From: Chloroflexota bacterium
GTDB taxonomy: Bacteria; Chloroflexota; Limnocylindria; QHBO01
Reading direction: 5' to 3'
NCBI GenBank assembly: GCA_038040195.1
Contig: JBBPIR010000002.1
Coordinates: forward strand, 1,342 to 65,341
DNA: 64,000 nt
The notes beneath the pieces were generated by a model, which made no database searches, was not told the DNA's origin, and saw nothing but the letters and a program-made list of their open reading frames with translations. This document shows, in pieces, positions 56,679 to 64,000 of this stretch. Each line of letters opens with the position of its first letter. Position 1 is the stretch's first letter. Both the position numbers and the translations under genes were made by a program.

Positions 56679-56681
56679 ACT
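56676..56681 (+). promoter_or_regulatory. -10 hexamer TAGACT (contains the ispH TAG stop), 7 nt before the cyclase-gene GTG
   Basis: Last T at 56681, GTG at 56688. No SD. Confidence 0.4.
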
Positions 56682-56687
56682 CTGGAC

Positions 56688-59600
56688 GTGGCCACCTGCC
56701 CGTCCTGCCACCGCGAGGTCGCGGACGGGTCTGCCTTCTGCCCGCATTGTGGCGCGGCCGTCGAGGCGGCCCCGACGGCCGGCGAGGAGCGCAAGCTTGT
56801 CACCCTGTTGTTCGCGGACGTCACCGGCTCGACCGAGCTGGCCGAGGCGCTGGATGCCGAGGTCGTCCGCGATCTGATGGGGGAGTACTTCGCAGTGGCG
56901 CGGGAGGAGATCGAAGCCCGCGGCGGTACAGTCGAGAAGTTCATCGGCGATGCCGTGATGGCCGTATTCGGCGTCCCGGTTGCCCACGAGGACGACCCTG
57001 CGCGTGCCCTACACGCCGCGCTCGCGATTCGCTCCCGCCTCGCGGCGCTGAACGAGGGGCGTCGCTCCGAAGGCGGAGCTCAGCTGCAGGTTCGGATCGG
57101 GGTGAACACCGGAGAGGTGGTGGCAACCACCAGCCCGCGCCCGGGAGAAGGGATGGTGACCGGCGACGCGGTGAACATCGCGGCTCGCATCCAACAGGAA
57201 GCGGACCCGGGCCAGATCGCGGTCGGGGAGCGCACGGCCGCCGCCGCTCCAGCTTTCACGTTCCGTGACCTCGGCGCGCAACGACTGCGTGGCAAGGCGT
57301 CCCCGGTCGCCGTGCGCGAGCTGGTCGGCGAGGCCGCCGGCGCGCACGCACGAGGGGTCCATGGCCTGCGTTCACCGCTCGTCGGTCGCGATGCGGAACT
57401 TGACCTCCTCGTGTCGCTCTACGAGCGGGTCGCCGCCGAACGCCGGCCGCACCTGGTGACGCTGTACGGCGAGCCCGGTGTCGGGAAGAGCCGGCTGACG
57501 GTCGAGTTTCTGGCCGCGCTGGTGAAGCGCCCGCAGCCGCCCCGGGTCGTCCGCGGCCGCTGCCTCTCGTATGGATCGGGCGTCACGTTCTGGCCGCTGG
57601 CCGAGATCCTCAAGTCGCAAGCGGGCATTCTCGATAGCGACCCGCCGGACGACGTCGTGGGCAAGCTCACCGAATTCGGCAAGCGCGTCCTCACCGCCCT
57701 GGTCGCGCAGGATCCGCCGCGCGCGGCGGCCCTCCTCGGCTACACGGTGGGGATCGCGGTGCCCGGGTTCGAGTTCGAGCGCCTCGAGCCGGAGCAGCTG
57801 CGCGTGGAGATCCACGGCGCCTGGCGGTCGTTCTTCTCAGCCCTGGCCGCTGACGGGCCGCTGGTGGTGGTCATCGACGACATCCACTGGGCCGACGGGG
57901 CCCTACTCGACCTGGTCGAGGACGTCAGCGAGAGAGTCGAGGGAAGCGTGTATTTCCTCTGCCCGTCGCGGCCCGAGCTGACCGACCGGCGGCCGGGCTG
58001 GGGCGGCGGCCGACGCAGCTTCTCCAGCGTATTCCTGGACCCGCTGCCGCCAGCGGCCACCGCAGAGCTGGTGGATCACCTTCTCGAAGTCGCGGAGCTC
58101 CCCGCCGCATTGCGCGCACGCATCGTGGAACGCGCAGATGGCAACCCATTCTTCGTGGAGGAGATCCTCCGTCAGCTCATCGACGAGGGGCGAATCGTGC
58201 AGAGCGCGGACGGCTGGCAGGCCGACCCCGACCTCTCGACCGTCGAGATCCCGGATACTGTTCAGGCCGTCCTGGCGGCGCGGATCGACCTGCTGGGAAG
58301 CGACCAGAAGCGGACCCTGCAGGCCGCCGCGGTGGTCGGACGCATCTTCTGGCCGGCCCCGGTGGCCCGCTTCCTGAACGGATCGGCCGGCGCCCTCGAT
58401 CAGCACCTCCGGGAGCTCGAGGCACGGGATCTGATCCTGTCGCGCCTGGCCTCGACCATGGCCGGCCAGCCCGAGTACATCTTCAAGCACGCCCTCGTGC
58501 GCGACGTGGCGTACGAGAGCATCCCCCGGCGGGACCGCGCCGGGGCTCACCTTAGGGTGGCCGAATGGATTGAGGAGGCGATCGGTGGGCGCCGCATCGA
58601 GGTCGTCGAGCTTCTGGCACACCACTACACCGAGGCTGAGCGTGCCACCACGTGGGCGAAGGTGGAGCCAGACCGACGCGAGGAGATCCGAGCGAGGGCG
58701 GTGGATTTACTGCTCGAGGCGGCCGAGGAAGCCGCTCGCCACCTGGCGACGGAGCGCGCTCGCGAACGCGTGCGCGTGGCACTTGAACTGGCGCAGGGAC
58801 CGATCGAGCGTGCCCGGGGCCTGGAGATCTTGGTGGGCATGCAACTGTGGGCCAACGAGGGGGACAACGCCTGGCGCTCCGCCCGCGAGGCGATCGACCT
58901 CCGCATGAGCGCCGGTCCGGTCAGCACCGAGGACCGCCGAGCGGTTGCCCGCCTGGCCGGGGTCCTGCTCGCGATGCCTACCCGCTGGCCGGGGTTGATG
59001 CGCCACCTTCCAAGCCGCGAAGCGGCTGCTCCCTACCTCGAGCTGGGGCTGACCATGCTGGAAGAAGGCGACAGCGAGGAGCGACTGCGGCTCCTGATAG
59101 CTCGCGGGGCCTGGAGCTGGGGCTTCGGCGAGGCGGAGACCGACCCAGAACGCATACAGGAAGATCGAGCCACCGCCGAGGAGGCGGTGGCCATGGCCCG
59201 CCGGCTGGGAAGGGCGGACCTCCTGTCCGCCGCCCTCGACGGGCTGGGTGCGACGGGGTCCATGCTAGGCGGCTACCGACTCACGCTGGAGCCACAGGAA
59301 GAGCGACTCCGGCTGGTTCCCCAGCTGGACGACATGGTCGAGGTGGTCGACATCTATGGAACGACCGCATGGGCCCTCGCTCACATCGGCGACTTCCGGC
59401 GAGCCGCCGAGTTGGCAGCCATCGGCTGGGCGCGCGCCACCGAGATGGGTCTCGCCCACTCCGTGTCTGGCGCCTTCTACGCGGTGGCTAACTTTCGGCT
59501 GGGCCGCTGGGAGGAGTTCTGGCGAACGTACACGGCGATCGAGGCCGAGTTTGGTGGGTTGGCCGACCCCGCGACGATGCTCCGCTATCACTCCTACCGC

Positions 59601-60227
59601 CTGTACGGCGTTGCGGCGTACCTGAGCGAGGTCGTCGGCGATTCAGCATCTGCCGACCGAAACATCGCCCTGCTCGAGCAGTCCCAGGCCGTCCAGGGAA
59701 ACGTGGGGATCTCGGGGCCACGGCTCTGGATCGTGCAGACCCTGATCAGGCGGCGCGAATTCGATGAGGCCCGCGCTCGCCTGGCCGTTCGTGACCCGGT
59801 CCGCGACATCCAGAACCGGGATCTGACCCTCGAGGGGTGGGCCGACCTGATCGCCGCCCAGGGGACGTGGGATGAGGCGCCCGCCATCGTGGCCGAGGCC
59901 CGCGAGTGGGCCGACAGGACCGGTTTGCGATTCCTCCCCGCTGTCGCAGACCGGCTGGAGGGGCAGGCGGCTCTGGCGGCTGGCGAACACGATCGGGCCG
60001 CCGACTATCTCGGGCGAGCCCGGGACACCTTCACCACGCTGGAAGTCCCCTGGGAGTGCGCGCGGACCGAGCTGTGGCTCGCACAGGCATACTTCGCCGC
60101 CGGCCGGCTGAGCGAATCGGCCACCGCCGCTCAGGCGGCGCTGGCGACGTTCCGTGAGCTGAAAGCGCCAACGGAGATCAGCGAGGCCAAGTCCCTGGTC
60201 AGCGCGGCTGCGCCAGCCAACCGCTAG
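56688..60227 (+). CDS. Zinc-ribbon / class III adenylate-guanylate cyclase / STAND (AAA_16-type) NTPase / TPR-like multidomain protein
   Basis: CPSCH...CPHCG. Cyclase motifs LLFADVTGST, EKFIGDAVMAVFG, GDAVNIAARIQ. P-loop LYGEPGVGKS (57468-57491), Walker B VVVIDDIHWAD. About 600 aa of helical-repeat C-terminus. No HTH seen. Confidence 0.85.
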   Translation: MATCPSCHREVADGSAFCPHCGAAVEAAPTAGEERKLVTLLFADVTGSTELAEALDAEVVRDLMGEYFAVAREEIEARGGTVEKFIGDAVMAVFGVPVAHEDDPARALHAALAIRSRLAALNEGRRSEGGAQLQVRIGVNTGEVVATTSPRPGEGMVTGDAVNIAARIQQEADPGQIAVGERTAAAAPAFTFRDLGAQRLRGKASPVAVRELVGEAAGAHARGVHGLRSPLVGRDAELDLLVSLYERVAAERRPHLVTLYGEPGVGKSRLTVEFLAALVKRPQPPRVVRGRCLSYGSGVTFWPLAEILKSQAGILDSDPPDDVVGKLTEFGKRVLTALVAQDPPRAAALLGYTVGIAVPGFEFERLEPEQLRVEIHGAWRSFFSALAADGPLVVVIDDIHWADGALLDLVEDVSERVEGSVYFLCPSRPELTDRRPGWGGGRRSFSSVFLDPLPPAATAELVDHLLEVAELPAALRARIVERADGNPFFVEEILRQLIDEGRIVQSADGWQADPDLSTVEIPDTVQAVLAARIDLLGSDQKRTLQAAAVVGRIFWPAPVARFLNGSAGALDQHLRELEARDLILSRLASTMAGQPEYIFKHALVRDVAYESIPRRDRAGAHLRVAEWIEEAIGGRRIEVVELLAHHYTEAERATTWAKVEPDRREEIRARAVDLLLEAAEEAARHLATERARERVRVALELAQGPIERARGLEILVGMQLWANEGDNAWRSAREAIDLRMSAGPVSTEDRRAVARLAGVLLAMPTRWPGLMRHLPSREAAAPYLELGLTMLEEGDSEERLRLLIARGAWSWGFGEAETDPERIQEDRATAEEAVAMARRLGRADLLSAALDGLGATGSMLGGYRLTLEPQEERLRLVPQLDDMVEVVDIYGTTAWALAHIGDFRRAAELAAIGWARATEMGLAHSVSGAFYAVANFRLGRWEEFWRTYTAIEAEFGGLADPATMLRYHSYRLYGVAAYLSEVVGDSASADRNIALLEQSQAVQGNVGISGPRLWIVQTLIRRREFDEARARLAVRDPVRDIQNRDLTLEGWADLIAAQGTWDEAPAIVAEAREWADRTGLRFLPAVADRLEGQAALAAGEHDRAADYLGRARDTFTTLEVPWECARTELWLAQAYFAAGRLSESATAAQAALATFRELKAPTEISEAKSLVSAAAPANR

Positions 60228-61468
60228 GTCAGCGAGCCGATCACCTCACCTAGGGCGCGTTCGAGCCGGTCGTAGCCCAGGTGCTTGCGTCCGATCGCGA
60301 AGTTGTGCTCGGCATCGGCTGCCTGTCCGGCGGGGTCGGCGAGGATGGAACGGACCGTCCGGACCGTGTCGTCGGTGACGGCGCCGTTGACCTCCACGAA
60401 CCGGAACCCGAGCGGCCGGATGTCTGCGTCAAAGACGGGGTATCGGTTGACCAGGACCGGCTTCCCGTAGAAGACCGCCTCCAGCAACGCGTTGCCGAAG
60501 CCCTCGTACAGGCTGGGGTAGCTGATGAGGTCCGCCGCCAGGTACGCGTCGGTAAGGGAGTGCGCAGGACCCAGCGGCCGGCCCTCGTGATCAGGTGCAA
60601 AGCGGTCGGCCGCGTAGCGCAGGTTGACCTTGGCCCGCTCCGCTCGCCGCTCGAGCGAGATCAGGTAATCGAGGCCCTCGTCACCCGCGGGGCTGGTGAT
60701 GAGCAGGACGGCGTGCGGATCGCCCAACCGACCCACCAGGTCGATGGCCAGCTCGATACCCTTGCGCGGCACGACCCGGGTGGGTTGCACGATCAGGTAT
60801 CCCTCCTCGCTCATGCCCAGCTCCGTCCGGAGCTGGCGGCGGATGTCCGGACGCGGCGGCGGGCGCGGCGTGCTGAAGTCGAACACGTTGGGGACGACGG
60901 TCGACGACAGGCCGCGCCGCGCCTGGAGGCCGGCCGCGGCCAGTGAGCTGATGCTCACGTGCCGAACCGTGGGCAGGTCGGGCGGAAAGGATGCCTCCAG
61001 GAGGTCAGGCACGACGCATCGGTTGAACCGCTCGCGCTCCCACCAGTAGTCGTGGTGGTGCCCGATGGCGGGCAGACCGGTCTGCTCGACCAGGGTGTGC
61101 AGAGCGACCCCCAGCGGCAGCTGCATCGGGATCGCCCACCCGTTTTCGATCACGAGCAGATCGAGCCGCTCGGTTTCGACCCACGCGGCGAGGACCGGCA
61201 GCAGCTGGCCGGCCAGGCGCTGGATCTCGGTGCGGACCGCCTGCGGGTCGCTGTCCGGATCAAAGGCAGCCGAGGTCACGCGCGCCGCGGGCGGGTGCCG
61301 GAAATGCATGGCCGGGACCAGCCGAGCGCTGTAGCGGAGCGCATCCACCTCCCCCGCGCACAGCCGGACCTCGTGGCCCATCCGCTCCAGGACCGCTTCC
61401 CACTTGGCGGTCTCGAACGTCACGCCGTCGACGCCGGCCAGCCGGGTGGCGACGATACCGATGCGCAC
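60224..61468 (-). CDS. GT-B fold (GT4-like) glycosyltransferase
   Basis: VRIGIVATRLAGVDGVTFETAKW N-terminus, SLYEGFGNALLEAVFYGKPVLV (EX7E region). Start set to GTG 61468 (AGGA 9 nt upstream). The longest ORF reaches GTG 61507. Confidence 0.75.
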   Translation of the reverse strand: MRIGIVATRLAGVDGVTFETAKWEAVLERMGHEVRLCAGEVDALRYSARLVPAMHFRHPPAARVTSAAFDPDSDPQAVRTEIQRLAGQLLPVLAAWVETERLDLLVIENGWAIPMQLPLGVALHTLVEQTGLPAIGHHHDYWWERERFNRCVVPDLLEASFPPDLPTVRHVSISSLAAAGLQARRGLSSTVVPNVFDFSTPRPPPRPDIRRQLRTELGMSEEGYLIVQPTRVVPRKGIELAIDLVGRLGDPHAVLLITSPAGDEGLDYLISLERRAERAKVNLRYAADRFAPDHEGRPLGPAHSLTDAYLAADLISYPSLYEGFGNALLEAVFYGKPVLVNRYPVFDADIRPLGFRFVEVNGAVTDDTVRTVRSILADPAGQAADAEHNFAIGRKHLGYDRLERALGEVIGSLT

Positions 61469-61502
61469 GGTGGGTGATCCTAGCCGACCGGTGACGGGCC
61501 GA

Positions 61503-61508
61503 TACACT
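61503..61508 (+). promoter_or_regulatory. -10 hexamer TACACT, 8 nt before the der ATG (leaderless-type)
   Basis: Last T at 61508, ATG at 61516. No SD. Confidence 0.4.
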
Positions 61509-61515
61509 CAGCGGC

Positions 61516-62955
61516 ATGTCATCGCTGCCGATCGTGGCCATCGTCGGGCGCCCGAACGTCGGGAAGAGCACGCTCTTCAACCGGATGGTGGGCGAGCGGT
61601 CGGCCATCGTGGAGGACACCGCGGGCACGACCCGCGATCGGGTGTACGGCGAAACAGACTGGAATGGCCGCCGCTTCATGATGGTCGACACCGGAGGATT
61701 GGAGCTGGAGCCGGGGACCAGCATCGAGGAGCGCGTTCAGGATCAGGCGCGCGTGGCCATCGATGAAGCGGACCTGGTCCTGTTCGTGGTTGACGCCGCG
61801 GCCGGCCTGGCGCCATTGGATTACGAGGTGGCGGATCGGCTTCGCAAGGCACATCGACCCACCATCCTGGTCATCAACAAGGCCGACAACGTGCGGCGCG
61901 AGGCCGAGGGCGCCGAGTTCTACGCCCTGGGCTTCGACCCGGCCATCACCATCAGCGCGGCACATGGCCGGAACACCGGCGACCTGGCCGATCTCATCGT
62001 CGAGCATCTCCCGCCCGCGTCGGAGGCGCCCGAGGCCGAGGCGGCGCCATCGGTCATGCGTGATGAGGATGACCTCCCGACCGACGCCGAGCTGGAGGAG
62101 CTGGCCGCGGCCGATATCGGTCCACCTCGGGTGGCCATCGTGGGACGACCCAACACCGGCAAGTCGACGCTCGTCAACCGGGTGCTGGGCAAGGAGCGGA
62201 TGATCGTCAGCGAAACTCCCGGCACCACCCGTGATGCGGTCGACGCCGAGGTGACGGTGGATGGCGAGCCGATGGTGTTGATCGACACGGCCGGCATCCG
62301 CCGCCGGGGCTCCATTCAGCGCGGCACCGAGCACTACAGCGTGCTCCGCAGCCTGAAGGCCATCGACCGAGCCGACGTGGCCGTGGTCCTGACCGATGCG
62401 GTCGAGGGCTTCACCGCACAGGACGCCCACGTGGTGGGCCACGTGCTGGAGGCCGGCAAGGGCCTGGTGCTGGTCATCAATAAATGGGACGCCATCGAGA
62501 AGGACGACAAGACCGCCGATGACTGGCTGCACACCCTGCGCCGGGATGCGCCGTACCTCCAATGGGCCGATATCGTGTTCGCCTCGGGACTGACCGGCCA
62601 GCGGGTGGATCGCATCCTGCGCCAGGCCCGGCGCGTGGCGGAGGAGCGCTACCGGCGCGTGCCAACCGCCGAGGTCAACCGAGTGGTGGGTGAGGCGGTG
62701 GCAGCGCACACGCCTCCGGTGGCCCGCGGCCGCCAGGCGAAGATCCTGTACGCGACCCAGGTGGCGGTGGCGCCCCCCACCTTCGTGATCTTCGTCAACG
62801 ACCCGGAGCTGTTCCACTTCTCGTACCGGCGCTACCTCGAGAACCAGCTGCGCGACGCGTTCGGCTTTGCCGGAACCCCGATCCGCCTCCGCTTCCGCGC
62901 CCGCGCCGCCGGGGAGCGACCCCGCGCCCGCAGAACCCGAGCCGCCGCTCGCTAG
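61516..62955 (+). CDS. der: Ribosome-associated GTPase Der (EngA)
   Basis: Two G domains (GRPNVGKST/DTGG/NKAD and GRPNTGKST/DTAG/NKWD) separated by an acidic linker. KH-like C-terminus. Confidence 0.95.
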   Translation: MSSLPIVAIVGRPNVGKSTLFNRMVGERSAIVEDTAGTTRDRVYGETDWNGRRFMMVDTGGLELEPGTSIEERVQDQARVAIDEADLVLFVVDAAAGLAPLDYEVADRLRKAHRPTILVINKADNVRREAEGAEFYALGFDPAITISAAHGRNTGDLADLIVEHLPPASEAPEAEAAPSVMRDEDDLPTDAELEELAAADIGPPRVAIVGRPNTGKSTLVNRVLGKERMIVSETPGTTRDAVDAEVTVDGEPMVLIDTAGIRRRGSIQRGTEHYSVLRSLKAIDRADVAVVLTDAVEGFTAQDAHVVGHVLEAGKGLVLVINKWDAIEKDDKTADDWLHTLRRDAPYLQWADIVFASGLTGQRVDRILRQARRVAEERYRRVPTAEVNRVVGEAVAAHTPPVARGRQAKILYATQVAVAPPTFVIFVNDPELFHFSYRRYLENQLRDAFGFAGTPIRLRFRARAAGERPRARRTRAAAR

Positions 62956-62977
62956 GCCGGCGCTATCCTCGCCGCGC

Positions 62978-63988
62978 ATGGCGGAGCGGATCGCGGTCAT
63001 CGGGGCCGGGGCGTGGGGGACGACCCTGGCCCGCTTGCTGGCCGCCGCCGATCACTCCGTCACCCTGTGGGCCCACCGGCCGGAGGCCGCTGAGGAGATG
63101 GCGCGCGATCGGGAGAACCGCCGCTACCTCCCGGAGCACCCATTCCCGCCGGGCCTGCTCGTCACCGGTGACGCCGGCGAGCTGAAAACCCCGCATCGGC
63201 TCTACGTGCTCGCCGTCCCGTCGGCGCACGCGCGAGAGACCCTGCGCCGCGTTGCAGGCGAGCTCGCGCCTAGGACGCCGTTCCTGTCGGTAGTGAAGGG
63301 GATCGAGGCCGGGACCCAGGCCCGGATGAGCGAGGTCCTCGGGGAGGAGGCGCCCGGGCGGGGCGTGTCGGTGCTGTCGGGCCCGAACCTGGCCGGGGAA
63401 GTCGCGTCCGGCCTGCCCGCCGGGACGGTTGTCGCATCTTCTGATCCCGCGCTGGCGGCCGAGGTTGCCGCCCTGCTCGGGTCGGACCAGTTTCGCGTCT
63501 ACACCAACCCCGACGTCGTGGGCGTGGAGCTGGGCGGGGCGCTGAAGAACGTCATTGCCCTGGCGGCGGGTATGGCCGATGGCCTGCGGATGGGGGACAG
63601 CGGCAAGGCGGCCATCGTCACCCGCGGGCTGGCCGAGATCACGCGGCTGGGCGTCGCCGCCGGCGCCGACCCACGCACCTTCGCCGGGCTGGCCGGGGTG
63701 GGCGACCTGATCGCCACCTGCATGAGCCAGCTGTCGCGCAACCGGCGGGCAGGCGAGCTGCTGGCCACGAACATGGCCTGGGCCGACATCGCGGCCGAGC
63801 TGGGCGGCGTGGCCGAGGGCGAGACCACGGTCACCGGCGCCCTGGCCTTGGCGGCCCGGCACGGGGTCGAGATGCCAATAGCCGAGCAGGTGGATGCGGT
63901 CATCCACCGCGGCCGCCCTCCGCTCGAGGCAATGGCAATGTTGATGGCCCGCGCCCAGAAGGACGAGCTGACTGGGCGAGAGGCGTAG
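62978..63988 (+). CDS. gpsA: NAD(P)H-dependent glycerol-3-phosphate dehydrogenase
   Basis: ATG 62978. IAVIGAGAWGTTLA, GALKNVIALAAG, EGETT. Confidence 0.93.
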   Translation: MAERIAVIGAGAWGTTLARLLAAADHSVTLWAHRPEAAEEMARDRENRRYLPEHPFPPGLLVTGDAGELKTPHRLYVLAVPSAHARETLRRVAGELAPRTPFLSVVKGIEAGTQARMSEVLGEEAPGRGVSVLSGPNLAGEVASGLPAGTVVASSDPALAAEVAALLGSDQFRVYTNPDVVGVELGGALKNVIALAAGMADGLRMGDSGKAAIVTRGLAEITRLGVAAGADPRTFAGLAGVGDLIATCMSQLSRNRRAGELLATNMAWADIAAELGGVAEGETTVTGALALAARHGVEMPIAEQVDAVIHRGRPPLEAMAMLMARAQKDELTGREA

Positions 63989-64000
63989 CGCACAGAGGCG

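Noticed and set aside
1-64000. rRNA, tRNA, tmRNA, RNase P or other structured RNA genes.
   Set aside because: All non-coding gaps are under 190 bp. None shows tRNA-like cloverleaf arms or conserved rRNA stretches that I can recognise by eye. A covariance-model scan would be needed to exclude small ncRNAs.

Overview
This is a very GC-rich, gene-dense 64-kb chromosomal segment. I call 57 protein-coding genes, 51 on the + strand and 6 on the - strand. I can support no rRNA, tRNA, CRISPR array, IS element or prophage. Most of it is core housekeeping in an order reminiscent of Firmicutes, Chloroflexi or deep Actinobacteria: ftsH ... comM-dprA-[Ig/CAP protein]-topA-xerC-murJ-femX-murE-femX-relA ... 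hisS-aspS ... iscS-mnmA ... alaS-ruvX-mltG-pepP-efp-xseA-xseB-dxs-tlyA-[RHH]-nadK-xerD ... punA ... scpA-scpB-rluB::cmk-plsC-ispH-[cyclase/STAND]-der-gpsA. The less ordinary patches are listed here. (1) A stand-alone DnaB-C-terminal-type ATPase is paired with a J-domain/DUF3820-like protein (1835-3358). (2) A HAD-ThpR-LOG/SLOG trio follows (3410-5299). It has a 15-bp tandem duplication across the HAD stop codon, and the ThpR gene has no canonical start. (3) An orphan TadE-TadE-TadG pseudopilin operon lies on the - strand (5359-8361). An orphan receiver-CpaE/TadZ ATPase sits directly upstream of comM-dprA. (4) An orphan EctC-like cupin. (5) A single-ORF RluB-Cmk fusion. (6) A 1179-aa zinc-ribbon/class III cyclase/STAND NTPase/TPR protein is wedged between ispH and der. 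A recurring sequence-level signal is a TANNNT -10-like hexamer ending 5-12 nt, often exactly 7 nt, before start codons, which suggests many leaderless or near-leaderless mRNAs. Because of the GC content, almost every real gene is shadowed by long antisense or off-frame ORFs in the supplied track, and I rejected these. Several longest-ORF starts are over-extended. I re-called them from N-terminal family signatures, stop/start overlaps and SD or -10 context. All functional calls come from my own recognition of family motifs, not from database searches.
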